In this document: positions 1 to 10,056 of the stretch, in pieces | Layout: the number at the start of each line of letters is the position of its first letter | Position numbering within the stretch: position 1 is the stretch's first letter | NCBI GenBank assembly: GCA_015059685.1 | Contig: SUZW01000005.1 | Coordinates: forward strand, 19,931-83,930 | Source: Rikenellaceae bacterium | GTDB lineage: Bacteria; Bacteroidota; Bacteroidia; Bacteroidales; Rikenellaceae | Direction of reading: 5' to 3' | DNA length: 64,000 nucleotides | Translations under genes and position numbers: made by a program | Notes under the pieces: model-generated | The model's input: only the letters and a program-made list of their open reading frames with translations | What the model was told of the DNA's origin: nothing | Database searches by the model: none

Positions 1-300
1 TGTAGGCACGGCAAGCTTTGCCTTTGGCTCCTCGGGGAGCTCTATTGCCGAAGCACTTGTGCCAATCTTCACGGCTCCCAAACGGGGGCGGCCACGCCTC
101 TTTGGCGCAGGTGCAACCTCGGCCGACTCCGCCACAACGGGTGCGGCAGGGGCCTCCGACGCAGCATCGGGGTTTGTGACAGCGATAATACGCTCGATAA
201 GTTCTTGCTTCGATAGATTTTGTTCTGTAACACCCAAAACCTTTGCGATTTCACGCAATTCGGCTACAGTCTTGCTCTTGATAGCAATTAAATCCTCCAT
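1..300 (-). CDS. rho: Probable transcription termination factor Rho, N-terminal part (runs off window start)
   Basis: Not in the ORF track. ATG at 300 gives an open frame MEDLIAIKSKTVAELREIAKVLGV...SKQELIERII (Rho N-terminal helical motif), then an Ala/Pro/Glu-rich stretch with KRRGRPR, typical of the Bacteroidetes Rho insertion. TATATTTG promoter element at 370-377. Confidence 0.65.
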   Translation of the reverse strand, partial: MEDLIAIKSKTVAELREIAKVLGVTEQNLSKQELIERIIAVTNPDAASEAPAAPVVAESAEVAPAPKRRGRPRLGAVKIGTSASAIELPEEPKAKLAVPT

Positions 301-473
301 AATATATAAATAAGTATGTATTTTGTCGATGATATATCTGGTCGAATGACCCTCTCTGATATTTCGATGCAAATATAGTACATTTTTATCGAAAATGGAT
401 AAACTACACAAATATTTTTCACATTTTTTTGTACTTTTGTCGTGGAAACAACCAATAAAACCACATAATCACT

Positions 474-1334
474 ATGAAAAAACTACTCTTTGGAGCCTTG
501 CTCCTCGCAACAGTGCTCTCGACCCAGCAGGCTATGGCTTGGGGTGGCTGGGCTCACAAACTCGTGGCATATATTGCCGAAACGCACCTAACGCCCGAGG
601 CAAAGGCCACGGCCGAGAAGTATCTCGGCTCATCTATCGTGGATCACGCCGTATGGATGGACCAAGTGCCCGTGTGGCGAAAGAAAAACCGCATCCCGGG
701 TTGGGAGCAGACCTCGTGGTGGCACATGTGCACCGTGGATAAGGTGGGCAAAAAGGGCTACAAAGTGAGCGACAAGCGTGCCCGCAATGGCGATGGTGAC
801 CTCTATCCAAACCTCGTCAAGTGCGTCGAAAACCTCAAGAACTACCGCAACCTCACCGACTCGGCTGTCGTGATAAATCTCAAGTGTGTTCTCCATATGG
901 TTGGCGATATGCACTGCCCGTCGCACATCTACTACACCGAGTTCGAAGATTGCTTCGCACGACGCATAAACGGTAAATACCACCGTCGTCACGACCAGAT
1001 GCAGATCTACTACGAGGGCAAGAAGACCACCTCGCACAAGGTGTGGGATGGAATGTCTATCCGTGAAATTTGGCCCGAGTATGGAACCGACCTCGAGCTC
1101 TTCCGTTATGCTCTCGACACGATGTCGCCCAAGAAGCGTGAGAAGATGTGTCGAGGCACAATCGAGGAGTGGGTGTTGCAGAACGCCAAGGATGTACGCT
1201 ACATCTACGATGAGATAACCCCGGGTGTGGAGCTCAACCGTGACTATCTGCTCAAGAACCAAAAGCTCTCGAAGACGCAGTGTCTGCGCTCGGCATATCG
1301 CTTGGCGCATATTCTAAACGAGTGCTTCAAGTAA
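474..1334 (+). CDS. S1/P1 nuclease, secreted
   Basis: Signal peptide, mature N-terminus WGGWAH, Zn-binding motifs HMVGDMHCPSH and HKVWD. TACTTTTG promoter element at 432-439. Confidence 0.9.
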   Translation: MKKLLFGALLLATVLSTQQAMAWGGWAHKLVAYIAETHLTPEAKATAEKYLGSSIVDHAVWMDQVPVWRKKNRIPGWEQTSWWHMCTVDKVGKKGYKVSDKRARNGDGDLYPNLVKCVENLKNYRNLTDSAVVINLKCVLHMVGDMHCPSHIYYTEFEDCFARRINGKYHRRHDQMQIYYEGKKTTSHKVWDGMSIREIWPEYGTDLELFRYALDTMSPKKREKMCRGTIEEWVLQNAKDVRYIYDEITPGVELNRDYLLKNQKLSKTQCLRSAYRLAHILNECFK

Positions 1335-1355
1335 GCGAGAGAGTTACAAAATAAG

Positions 1356-1385
1356 AAGGAGTCCGCTTTGCAGCGGACTCCTTTT
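1356..1385. terminator. Bidirectional intrinsic terminator
   Basis: AAGGAGTCCGCT-ttgc-AGCGGACTCCTT-TT between the convergent nuclease gene and tRNA-Leu. Confidence 0.8.
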
Positions 1386-1388
1386 GAG

Positions 1389-1474
1389 TACTCGGAGCGG
1401 GAATCGAACCCGCACGGCCATTACTGGCCACAGGATTTTAAGTCCGGCGTGTCTACCTATTCCACCATCCGAGC
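1389..1474 (-). tRNA. tRNA-Leu(TAA)
   Basis: Minus strand GCTCGGA...TCCGAGT acceptor stem, anticodon loop CTTAAAA, long variable arm, GGTTCGATTCC T-arm. Confidence 0.95.
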
Positions 1475-1513
1475 ATCCATTTGCGGTGCAAAAGTACGAA
1501 TTAAAAATTAAAA

Positions 1514-2443
1514 TCAAAAATTATTTTTCACTATCTCCTCAAGATACTCCACTACAATATCTGTGGTAGGCTTCTCGAACCAGCGAATAGAGCTATCTCT
1601 GCGGAACCAAGTCATCTGTCGCTTGGCGTAGCGTCGTGAGTTGCGTTTTATGAGCTCCACAGCCTCGTCAAGCGTTATCTTGCCATCGAAGTAGTCGAAC
1701 ATCTCGCTGTATCCCACAGTGCGCAAGGCATTGAGGTTGCGGTGGGGTAGCATCGCTCTCGCCTCGGCCTCCAACCCCTCGGCCATCATCATATCGACAC
1801 GACGATTTATGCGGTCGTAGAGCTCCTCACGGGGATAATCTATGCCCACCTTCACAATCTCGAACGGGCGTTGTTGCACCTCGCCTTTGCGCAGCGAGGA
1901 GTAGGGTTGCCCAGTCGTAAGACATACCTCCACAGCTCGCAAAACACGCTGGGGGTTGCATCTATCTACCTCTTCGTAGTAGTCTGGGTCGAGCTCTCGA
2001 AGTTGCTCCACAAGAGGCTCTAAACCACCATTTTCGAGCCTTTCGAGCAACTCGGCACGCAGATCGGGCGAAGCATCGGGCAGGGAGTCCATACCCTCAC
2101 ACAGGGCCTTTATATAGAGCCCCGAACCACCTACGGCAACCACGGTATCGTGGCTACGGAAGAGCTCCTCAAGGCGTTCCAAGGCTATACGCTCGTAAGA
2201 GCCGCAGTTGAGTTCCTCGGTGACATCGCGGCAATCGACAAGGTGGTGTTCGACACGACTACGCTGTTCGGGCGTAGGCTGTGCCGTACCTATTGCCATA
2301 CCTCGATAGAATTGGCGTGAGTCGGTCGAGATTATGGGTGCAACGAAGTGTTCGGCTATGCCGATACTCAAATCGGTCTTACCCGAGCCCGTGGGGCCTA
2401 CGATCACTATAAGGCGCTTGTCCTTTGTTTCAGGGTTGCTCAA
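1514..2443 (-). CDS. miaA: tRNA dimethylallyltransferase
   Basis: GPTGSGKT P-loop, DSRQFYRGMAIGTA, VGGSGLY, RRYAKRQMTWF. Start placed at TTG 2443 to avoid overlapping the upstream gene (uncertain). Confidence 0.93.
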   Translation of the reverse strand: MSNPETKDKRLIVIVGPTGSGKTDLSIGIAEHFVAPIISTDSRQFYRGMAIGTAQPTPEQRSRVEHHLVDCRDVTEELNCGSYERIALERLEELFRSHDTVVAVGGSGLYIKALCEGMDSLPDASPDLRAELLERLENGGLEPLVEQLRELDPDYYEEVDRCNPQRVLRAVEVCLTTGQPYSSLRKGEVQQRPFEIVKVGIDYPREELYDRINRRVDMMMAEGLEAEARAMLPHRNLNALRTVGYSEMFDYFDGKITLDEAVELIKRNSRRYAKRQMTWFRRDSSIRWFEKPTTDIVVEYLEEIVKNNF

Positions 2444-2448
2444 TGCTG

Positions 2449-4638
2449 CTATCTGTATTTTAGGTATATTCTCTTTGACACTTCGAGCGGATCGCCTTTT
2501 GGTGTAGAGGTGTAGTTGCCAAGACAATCGTGCCACCACTTCTCCTCAAAGGCAGTAATACGGTTATGGAGAGCCTTCTGTTGTACCTCATCAAACTTCT
2601 CTCCTGCATCGAATGCATCATTCACGGCATCGAAGAACATCTGCCAACGCTTGCCGTAGTAACCAGCCGTAAGACCTGCCCACATACGATTGGCGTAGTC
2701 GTTCAACTCGGCATCTCTTTCACCCCAAGTCGTAAGCAGACAACGGGCATTCTGCTCGTAGTACAACCGCTCGGCATCGTTTGTGCCAAAGGCTCTGGCA
2801 TCGGCAATCCACTTGCCTACGAGGAGGTCGGTACGAGATGATAGCAACTCTTCGAGGTCGGCGTGTATAGCCATCATCTTCCCCTCCAACTCGCTCATCT
2901 TGCTACGGTCGCATTGCTCCATCGCTGACTTATACTCCACGAAGAGGTCGTTGTATCGGTTGCCGAGTAGTTGGCGGATGAGATTTACGAGGTCGTATGC
3001 AAAGAGCTCTTTTGTGCCGTTACATTCGAGCAGAAGATCTATCGCCTCGACGAGTACGGAGTTGGGGTAACGATTGAGTATTCGATTATCTGTTCGCACT
3101 AATCGCTTCCTCATCGAAGGGCGTGCATTGGCCGCTGTGGCGTGTGTTGTATGTGCGGTGAAGTTGTAAACCTTGTTGTGCAATAGTAGCCACGCCTTGT
3201 GCGCTCGATGGTCGCTATGTCCGAGGTGACGGTCGGCAAGGTGGCATATCCACTTATCACTATCTTGGTGCTGTGGCATATCCCACGCCTTCTCGAAGAG
3301 GTACTCGAATTTGAAAGGCGAGCAGTCTAAACCTTCGAGTGTCGAGCCAAGGCCGATAAGGTTGGCTCCGCCATCTTTCAGCGAAGCCTCGACCTTATTG
3401 TGGATATCTCGCAGGTCGCCAGCAAGGTTGGTGTTACCTCCGAAGTTGCCGAGATAACACCAGATGTAAGGTGCACCGTAGAACTTGTCGGTTAAACGCC
3501 AAACCTCCGCACGGTCGCAGTAGTAGTCGAGAAGTATCTGTTTGGAGAGTGGAGCCCCCTTCAAATATGCTTCGATGCGCTCCGGAGTCCACTGCTTGCT
3601 CTTGTGATAGAAGAGCCACGACATTTGCAACCACACGGCATCTTTGTCGGCTTTGCGCAACGACTCGTACACCTGTTTGCTGATGCGGGCAAGGTATTCG
3701 GGCTCCCACGAAGGCGGCACCACCTCGTTGAACACATCGAGACCATATATGTGGTCGGTGCCGTAGAGAGCGGTTTGCTCTTCTATGAACATCTTTTGAA
3801 TTTTGGCATACAATGGGTCGGAGGTGTCGAGCAGAGAGGGCGAATATGGCTCGCTATAACCTGCCCAACACGCCAACTTATCCATCTTTGCTTCGGGGAA
3901 GATGCGCTTCAACTCCTGCGGAACATGCCCTGCGAATGCAGGGAGTACGGGGCGCATATTGAGTTCTCGCTCACGAGCCACAATCTGCTTCTGCAAGCTC
4001 TCCTGACTTTCGAGCCACGACATCGGAACTCCGCCTTGCCAATAGTCGATATTGTTCATACGGTGCCAAGGCAGGTGTGCAGGTCCCGTGAAGTAGTTGC
4101 GAATCTCCTCGTCGGAGAGTCCCAATTTTCGCCATACACGATACCATACCGACTCTTGCCCGGTGATAGCCAAGGGCATATTGACGCCTTGCAGTGCCAT
4201 CCAATCTATGAAATGCTCCCACTCTCGCCACTTCCACCAAGGCATCGTATAGCCAAAGGTGCAGTAGTTGAGAAAGAACCTGTCGTTACAACGAGCCTTA
4301 ATCTTCACCTCGCCTTCGATGACGGGCAGTGTGTCGGGCATTTCGTACTTGTCATCGACAAACCAGCCTATGCTGACATTGCAGTAGTAACGCAGATAGT
4401 GGTTTAGTCCCACCGCCATGCTATTGGCGGTGTTGCCTCCAATGATAATTTTGTCGCCCTTTGAGGCGAGTGTAAAGTGGTCACCATCCTTGTCAGGGAG
4501 TTGCTTGACGATGAAGAGGTGCTGATGCTCCGGCAGAAGACGACCCAGCAGGGCACGCATATTCTTAACCTCTGACGCTTGTGCTGAAACTGCAAGCAGG
4601 AGAGAGCAACAAAGAAAAGCTAATTTTTTCATAGTCAT
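2449..4638 (-). CDS. Alpha-N-acetylglucosaminidase (GH89)
   Basis: Signal peptide; NYCTFGYTMPWW, IDWMALQGVNMPLA, GPAHLPWHRMNN; catalytic Glu motifs DVFNE and LEG; DYANRMWAGL. Confidence 0.92.
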   Translation of the reverse strand: MTMKKLAFLCCSLLLAVSAQASEVKNMRALLGRLLPEHQHLFIVKQLPDKDGDHFTLASKGDKIIIGGNTANSMAVGLNHYLRYYCNVSIGWFVDDKYEMPDTLPVIEGEVKIKARCNDRFFLNYCTFGYTMPWWKWREWEHFIDWMALQGVNMPLAITGQESVWYRVWRKLGLSDEEIRNYFTGPAHLPWHRMNNIDYWQGGVPMSWLESQESLQKQIVARERELNMRPVLPAFAGHVPQELKRIFPEAKMDKLACWAGYSEPYSPSLLDTSDPLYAKIQKMFIEEQTALYGTDHIYGLDVFNEVVPPSWEPEYLARISKQVYESLRKADKDAVWLQMSWLFYHKSKQWTPERIEAYLKGAPLSKQILLDYYCDRAEVWRLTDKFYGAPYIWCYLGNFGGNTNLAGDLRDIHNKVEASLKDGGANLIGLGSTLEGLDCSPFKFEYLFEKAWDMPQHQDSDKWICHLADRHLGHSDHRAHKAWLLLHNKVYNFTAHTTHATAANARPSMRKRLVRTDNRILNRYPNSVLVEAIDLLLECNGTKELFAYDLVNLIRQLLGNRYNDLFVEYKSAMEQCDRSKMSELEGKMMAIHADLEELLSSRTDLLVGKWIADARAFGTNDAERLYYEQNARCLLTTWGERDAELNDYANRMWAGLTAGYYGKRWQMFFDAVNDAFDAGEKFDEVQQKALHNRITAFEEKWWHDCLGNYTSTPKGDPLEVSKRIYLKYR

Positions 4639-4662
4639 TATATATTAAGTTAGTTAAGTTAG

Positions 4663-5175
4663 CTACCACTCGTCATCTGCGTCGCTGTCGCCATCAAAAT
4701 CACCAAAGTCGCCCATCATCTCGTCGAATATCGAGCCGGAGTTGCTATCTACGGCATCGGGGTCGTATTGGTCGGGTACGGGGGCATTCTCGAAGGCTAC
4801 ACGAGGGTACTCGAAGTCGGGGTTTGGCTCCGACGAATTTACCAACTCGATATAGAAGGCTCGCTCGGCAAAGATGTCGAAGAGGTAGATAAGTCGAGAG
4901 TAGCCCGCAACGATAACTTCGGCAAGCGTCACCTGGCTCATAGGCATCGGTGCATCCTCACCTTCGTAGCCCGTGTCGCCCATATCCATAAGGGTAAATT
5001 CACGGCATCGTTGCCACTCCTCGTCGGCAGTAAAGAACGAGGCCATACAGTCGTCGTAGCCGATAGAACGGAGTATAAAGTCGTGAAACTCCGAGAGTTT
5101 CATCATTGGATCCAGCTCGAAATCACGGACAAAGTTGTCGTTCTCGTCGCTGAGCATTCTGAATTTGAGTATCAT
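4663..5175 (-). CDS. Conserved protein, pRiA4b ORF-3-like family
   Basis: Typical Bacteroidetes pattern F.RDFE...FHDFI...MASFF..D..W...EFTL...LIYLFD...ERAFYIEL with an acidic tail. Confidence 0.6.
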   Translation of the reverse strand: MILKFRMLSDENDNFVRDFELDPMMKLSEFHDFILRSIGYDDCMASFFTADEEWQRCREFTLMDMGDTGYEGEDAPMPMSQVTLAEVIVAGYSRLIYLFDIFAERAFYIELVNSSEPNPDFEYPRVAFENAPVPDQYDPDAVDSNSGSIFDEMMGDFGDFDGDSDADDEW

Positions 5176-5282
5176 ATTTCATCGAATTAGTTGCACAAAT
5201 ATAGTAAAAAGGCTCTAAATGTAAGGACAAAAAGGAAATAATTTTGTACCTTTGCGACGCAAATTTAGGCAAATTCTATCGT

Positions 5283-6173
5283 ATGAAAATTTCATCACAC
5301 ACACTTCGCACCATCGCCATGCCGGTAGGTATGCTTGTCGGGGCACTATTTTGTTATCCTATAACGGCTTTAGACGAGTGGAGTGGCGCTATATTGACAC
5401 CTATTTTCATCTTCTCGATGCTCTTTTGCACCTTCTGCGGTGTGAATATCAAGGATATGCGACCTTCGTGGTTGCATCTGTGGCTTATGGTGGCGCAGAT
5501 TGTGGGTAGCTTGGTGGTCTATTATGCACTTCTGCCTTTGGGCGATATCGTTGCGCAGGGCGGTATGATTTGTGCCCTGACACCTATGGCTATGGGTGCC
5601 GTTGTGATAGGCGGAATGCTCGGTGCAAATGTTGCAACAATGGCCACACACAGCCTCCTGTGCAACATTATCACCGCATTTGTCGCTCCACCGATTATCT
5701 CGATGGCGGGTAGCGGAACCTGCACTATAGCCGAGATTTTGGCTCGTGTAGCACCGCTGCTTATAGGCCCATTCTTCGTGGCGCAGTTGTGCCGTTGGAC
5801 TATGCCAAAGGTTGCAGGGTGGTTTGCCAACCACTCGATGCTCTCGTTCTATATATGGTTGCTCTCGTTGGTGGTTATTATGGGTAAGACGACCTATTTC
5901 ATCATCGAGAGTGGCACCGAACATATCGTCACCGAGCTTCTGCTTGCAGGCGCAGCCCTCGTAATCTGCCTTGTGCAGTTCTGGGTTGGCCGTCGTCTTG
6001 GCGAGCGTTATGGCGATGGCGTAGCCGGTGGTCAGGCACTCGGTCAGAAGAATACACTCCTCGCAATATGGCTCTCGCAGGCATTTTTGCATCCATTGGC
6101 GTGTATTGCTCCTACGGCATATATCGTATGGCAGAATATCGTAAACTCCTACCAGATATATAAGAAACGATGA
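5283..6173 (+). CDS. Bile acid:sodium symporter-like transporter
   Basis: About nine hydrophobic segments and GQALGQKNT motif; start moved to ATG 5283. Confidence 0.75.
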   Translation: MKISSHTLRTIAMPVGMLVGALFCYPITALDEWSGAILTPIFIFSMLFCTFCGVNIKDMRPSWLHLWLMVAQIVGSLVVYYALLPLGDIVAQGGMICALTPMAMGAVVIGGMLGANVATMATHSLLCNIITAFVAPPIISMAGSGTCTIAEILARVAPLLIGPFFVAQLCRWTMPKVAGWFANHSMLSFYIWLLSLVVIMGKTTYFIIESGTEHIVTELLLAGAALVICLVQFWVGRRLGERYGDGVAGGQALGQKNTLLAIWLSQAFLHPLACIAPTAYIVWQNIVNSYQIYKKR

Positions 6174-7192
6174 AGATTGGCGATATAGAGTTCCGCAAGG
6201 AGGCGTTGTTGCTTGCTCCGATGGAGGATGTCACCGACCCCTCGTTTCGCTACATCTGCAAACGCTTTGGTGCAGATATGGTGACCACCGAGTTTATCTC
6301 CTCGGATGGCCTTATTCGTGATGCGTGGAAATCTCGTGCGAAGCTCAATATCAACGACTTCGAGCGACCTGTGGCGATACAGATATACGGCAACCAGATA
6401 GAGCCTATGGTCGAGGCGGCACGCATTGCCGAGTCGGCAAACCCCGATATCGTGGATATAAACTTTGGCTGCCCGATGAAGAAGATTGCGGGCCGAGGTG
6501 CAGGTTCGGGAATGATGCGTGATGTGCCGTTGATGGTCGAGATGACACGACAGATTGTCGAAGCCGTGAAAAAGCCCGTTACCGTCAAAACACGCCTCGG
6601 TTGGGATGACGACTCAAAGAATATCGAGGAGATAGCCCTGCGTCTGCAGGATGTGGGCATTGCTGCGCTGACCATACACGGCCGTACTCGTTGCCAACTC
6701 TATAAGGGTGAGGCCGATTGGACACTGATAGGAAAGGTCAAGAATAATCCGCTTATAAAGATACCTATCATTGGCAATGGCGATGTCGATTCGGGCGAGA
6801 AGGCTCGCGAGATGTTCGACCGCTATGGCGTTGATGCCGTGATGATTGGCCGAGCAACCTACGGTCGCCCCTGGATATTCAGGGAGGTGCGCCACTACCT
6901 CGATACGGGCGAGGCACTGCCACAGCCGAGTGTTGTGGAGAGGGTAGCCATCGCCAAGGAGCACTTGGCAAAATCTATTGAGGTCAAGGGCGAGAGGGTA
7001 GGTGTCTTGGAGATGCGTCGCCACCTGTCGAATTATTTTAAGGGGCTACCGAACTTTAAGGATACCCGTATGCGCCTGGTTACGGAGAACGACCCTGCGG
7101 TGTTGATGGAGGTTATCGACTCTATTTCGGAGCGCTGGGGCGACTTCGACACCGCCACCTGCGTTCCGCCACCACTCTCGCACGAGATATAA
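6170..7192 (+). CDS. dusB: tRNA-dihydrouridine synthase B
   Basis: LAPMEDVTD, DINFGCP, TVKTRLGWD, TIHGRT, IGNGD, MIGRA motifs; ATGA overlap with the upstream gene. Confidence 0.92.
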   Translation: MKIGDIEFRKEALLLAPMEDVTDPSFRYICKRFGADMVTTEFISSDGLIRDAWKSRAKLNINDFERPVAIQIYGNQIEPMVEAARIAESANPDIVDINFGCPMKKIAGRGAGSGMMRDVPLMVEMTRQIVEAVKKPVTVKTRLGWDDDSKNIEEIALRLQDVGIAALTIHGRTRCQLYKGEADWTLIGKVKNNPLIKIPIIGNGDVDSGEKAREMFDRYGVDAVMIGRATYGRPWIFREVRHYLDTGEALPQPSVVERVAIAKEHLAKSIEVKGERVGVLEMRRHLSNYFKGLPNFKDTRMRLVTENDPAVLMEVIDSISERWGDFDTATCVPPPLSHEI

Positions 7193-7201
7193 CAAAATAA
7201 T

Positions 7202-7231
7202 AAGAGCCACCGTAAAAGTGGCTCTTGTTTT
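7202..7231. terminator. Intrinsic terminator between convergent genes
   Basis: AAGAGCCAC...GTGGCTCTT followed by a T-rich tract. Confidence 0.7.
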
Positions 7232-7246
7232 CTATTTGCGGTGCGA

Positions 7247-7738
7247 CTATCGCTGTTGTGGCTGTCCGCCCTGTGGATGATAGCCTTGAGGACCACCTTG
7301 CGGAGCTCCGTGTGGGCCACGAGGGCGACGAGGGCCTTGTCCGAGAGTAAAGACCTTCGACAACTGCTCCGGTGTGAGGTAGTTCACAAAGACCTGAATA
7401 TACTCCTTCTTGACCTGGATAATCTGCTTGTCGCCATTGAGCTGCGCAAGCATAATCTTCTTGGCAACCTTGATAGTCATCTCGTCGTTCTTGTAGGAGT
7501 CAACCAGAGTCTTGGTATCCTTGCGCACCTGGCGCAACTCACGCATATAACCCTGATATACGGGAGCAAACTTCTTTGCCTGCTCGGGCGACATATTGAG
7601 CTGCTTCTGCAACATCTCGATAGTGCGTGCATTGCGGTCGCCACCACGCTGTCCGCCCATAGGTCCGCCCTGCGGAGGTTGTGCCGATACGGTTACAAAT
7701 GCCAAGACGGCAACAATCATCAAAATAATCTTTCTCAT
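7247..7738 (-). CDS. Exported helical protein, Spy/CpxP-like
   Basis: Signal peptide, L.MSPEQ and LTPEQ motifs, Gly/Pro/Gln-rich ends. Confidence 0.6.
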   Translation of the reverse strand: MRKIILMIVAVLAFVTVSAQPPQGGPMGGQRGGDRNARTIEMLQKQLNMSPEQAKKFAPVYQGYMRELRQVRKDTKTLVDSYKNDEMTIKVAKKIMLAQLNGDKQIIQVKKEYIQVFVNYLTPEQLSKVFTLGQGPRRPRGPHGAPQGGPQGYHPQGGQPQQR

Positions 7739-7780
7739 ATCTACGAATTTTTAGGTTTATATATCGCAAAAATAGTGAAT

Positions 7781-8767
7781 TTATATCGAATATAAAAATG
7801 CCATCGTGTCCATTTCATCGGCATAATTGGTCAATTCGGGGTGTTGTGCCCGCCCGAAAGCGACACAGCGGCTATGCAACACCTCCGAAGCGACAACGCA
7901 TTGCAACCTCTCGTCATTCTCGACAAGCCACGCCTTAACATCGGCCAAAGAGCCATATTCGGCCACATTTATCTGGCTCAATCGGCTCGGAAAATCGGCC
8001 TCTCCGCAGACAAATACCGCCTCTCCGCTATCCTCAAACGGTTTTCGTGTCATCGTGAGCAGAGCTCGGTGCTGTATGTAGTTGTTGTGATAGGCACGAC
8101 ACATCTTCGGCACGGGCAACGACAATTTGTAGCCCTTCGGCACAAATACGAGCGACACGCTGCGGCATCCCAAGCCCGAATATGTGAAGATATCTCGGCT
8201 CAACCCCTCCAGCTCCTCACGGCTCTCGTTACCCGACAATACAGCCACCGAGTGACGACTGCCACGCAGAAGTGCGGGGATATCCTTAAATCGGTTGCGG
8301 AAATAGAGGTTGGCACTATCGCCTCCCGTAGCGATTACGGCATCGTAGTTGCCGCCCTCATCGTATCGCTCGATGCGTAGCGCCGGCTCGATATCGAGCA
8401 GTAGATTTTCGATATAACACTCGAGCGCACGATCCTTCGACGATGGCTTCACGCAGGGGATATTGCCACTTGCCACAACACACATCAGGTCGAAGAAACC
8501 CACCAACGGGATATTGCCCGCCATAATCACAGCCACACGCTTGGGTTTATGGTCGGTAGGGGCAGGGTAGTGCGAGAGCCACTCGGCAATGCGCTCTCCG
8601 TCGAGCATATCTCGTCGTATGGCATCCACGGCATAGCGAATATCCCCCTCGGAGAACCACTCGTTCTCGGCTACGGCTTGTGCCATAGCCCTGCATGAGG
8701 CCTCGTCACGACCGAACTCCGCCAATCGCTTACCCAAAGTATCGAAGATATCTACAACGCTCCTCAT
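7781..8767 (-). CDS. Acyl-CoA reductase (LuxC-like)
   Basis: IMAGNIPLVGFFD, KPSSKD, VIATGG, GLGCRSVS; start at ATG 8767. Confidence 0.85.
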   Translation of the reverse strand: MRSVVDIFDTLGKRLAEFGRDEASCRAMAQAVAENEWFSEGDIRYAVDAIRRDMLDGERIAEWLSHYPAPTDHKPKRVAVIMAGNIPLVGFFDLMCVVASGNIPCVKPSSKDRALECYIENLLLDIEPALRIERYDEGGNYDAVIATGGDSANLYFRNRFKDIPALLRGSRHSVAVLSGNESREELEGLSRDIFTYSGLGCRSVSLVFVPKGYKLSLPVPKMCRAYHNNYIQHRALLTMTRKPFEDSGEAVFVCGEADFPSRLSQINVAEYGSLADVKAWLVENDERLQCVVASEVLHSRCVAFGRAQHPELTNYADEMDTMAFLYSI

Positions 8768-8853
8768 CTCAACTTCCGAAAATAGTGCGCAGCACCTTAC
8801 TGCACGATAGCTAGGACAAAAATACAAAAAAAGTGTTATATTTGTGCAAAATT

Positions 8854-10056
8854 ATGAAGATGACACGAAAAATATTGCTCTGCATAGCAAAGGTTGTGGC
8901 AACACTGCTGTTGCTGCTACTCTTGGCGGTATGCGCAACGAGCGTAACGCCCATCTACCGTTTTGCCGAGCCTACGCCATTTTCGGGGGATGATATCTTC
9001 AACCCCTACGCCTCATTCGACGCTGCGAAAGGGTGGAAAAGGGCTAATTTTCACACTCACACCAAGGTTGATGGCATCTTCAACGAGTGCGACTATAGCC
9101 CTGCCGAGACACAGGCGATGTTGGAGCGTTTCGGCTACGATATCGTCACCTTCTCGAACCACAACGAATTGACCAAGCACCCATCAGACGAGACCTTGCA
9201 GGTCAATCTCTACGAACACGGCTACAACCTCTTCAAGTTCCACAAACTTGTATTTGGAGCCGACAAGGTGCTCTATTTCGACCACCTCCTGCCACTCCTC
9301 ACATCGCAGAAGCAGTTTCAGATAGATATGCTCGGAGAGGAGAGCGACATTATCGTTCTCAACCACCCGTTGCGTACGCACACGATGTCGAAGCAGACGA
9401 TGCAGAGCCTTACGGGCTATCAAATCATCGAACTCGACAGCGGTCATAGCACCGAGAATGAATATTGGGACGAGGCCTTGAGTGCGGGTCAATACTCCTT
9501 CGCCATGGCTAACGACGACCTCCACTATCCCGACCGCAGCCACTGCATAGCCCGTCGCTGCAACTTTCTGCAGATGCCATCGGGGAGCTACGAGGATATT
9601 CGAGCCTGCCTGCTCGGTGGTTGCTACTATTCGATGCGTATCCCCGACTATGGTCGAGGCGATTGGAGCGTGAAGTACGAGAGAAATCGTAGGTTGCCAT
9701 ATATCAAGAATATAGGCTTGCAGGGTGGTGATATCTTTATCTCGTTATCGCAGCCTGCCGACTCGGTGAAGGTTACGGGCGAGCACCACACCACCCTTGC
9801 CATCGGCTACAACACCGACTCACTCGGTTATACCCTCAAGGCTTCAGACCCCTACGCCCGCTTTACGGCCTACTTTGCCGATGGCGAGGTCGTATGGTCG
9901 AACCCCTTTGCTCGCTACGATGCCGAGCACAACGCCTCGCCTCTTGTGGTGCGAGAGCATAGGGTGGATATACTACTCACGATACTATTTAATCTGCTGC
10001 TTGCTGCTTTATGCGGTGGTTGCATTGCATTGTTATACTATATTTACAAGAGATGA
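8854..10056 (+). CDS. Membrane-anchored PHP-like metallohydrolase
   Basis: NFHTHT, SNHN, LNHP and NDDLH metal-binding motifs; hydrophobic segments at both ends. Confidence 0.65.
   Translation: MKMTRKILLCIAKVVATLLLLLLLAVCATSVTPIYRFAEPTPFSGDDIFNPYASFDAAKGWKRANFHTHTKVDGIFNECDYSPAETQAMLERFGYDIVTFSNHNELTKHPSDETLQVNLYEHGYNLFKFHKLVFGADKVLYFDHLLPLLTSQKQFQIDMLGEESDIIVLNHPLRTHTMSKQTMQSLTGYQIIELDSGHSTENEYWDEALSAGQYSFAMANDDLHYPDRSHCIARRCNFLQMPSGSYEDIRACLLGGCYYSMRIPDYGRGDWSVKYERNRRLPYIKNIGLQGGDIFISLSQPADSVKVTGEHHTTLAIGYNTDSLGYTLKASDPYARFTAYFADGEVVWSNPFARYDAEHNASPLVVREHRVDILLTILFNLLLAALCGGCIALLYYIYKR

Noticed and set aside
59-313. Plus-strand 84-aa ORF
   Set aside because: Antisense to the more convincing Rho-like frame at 300..1.
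4663-5175. pRiA4b ORF-3-like gene as evidence of a mobile element
   Set aside because: No transposase, terminal repeats or compositional shift; it sits in an ordinary chromosomal context.
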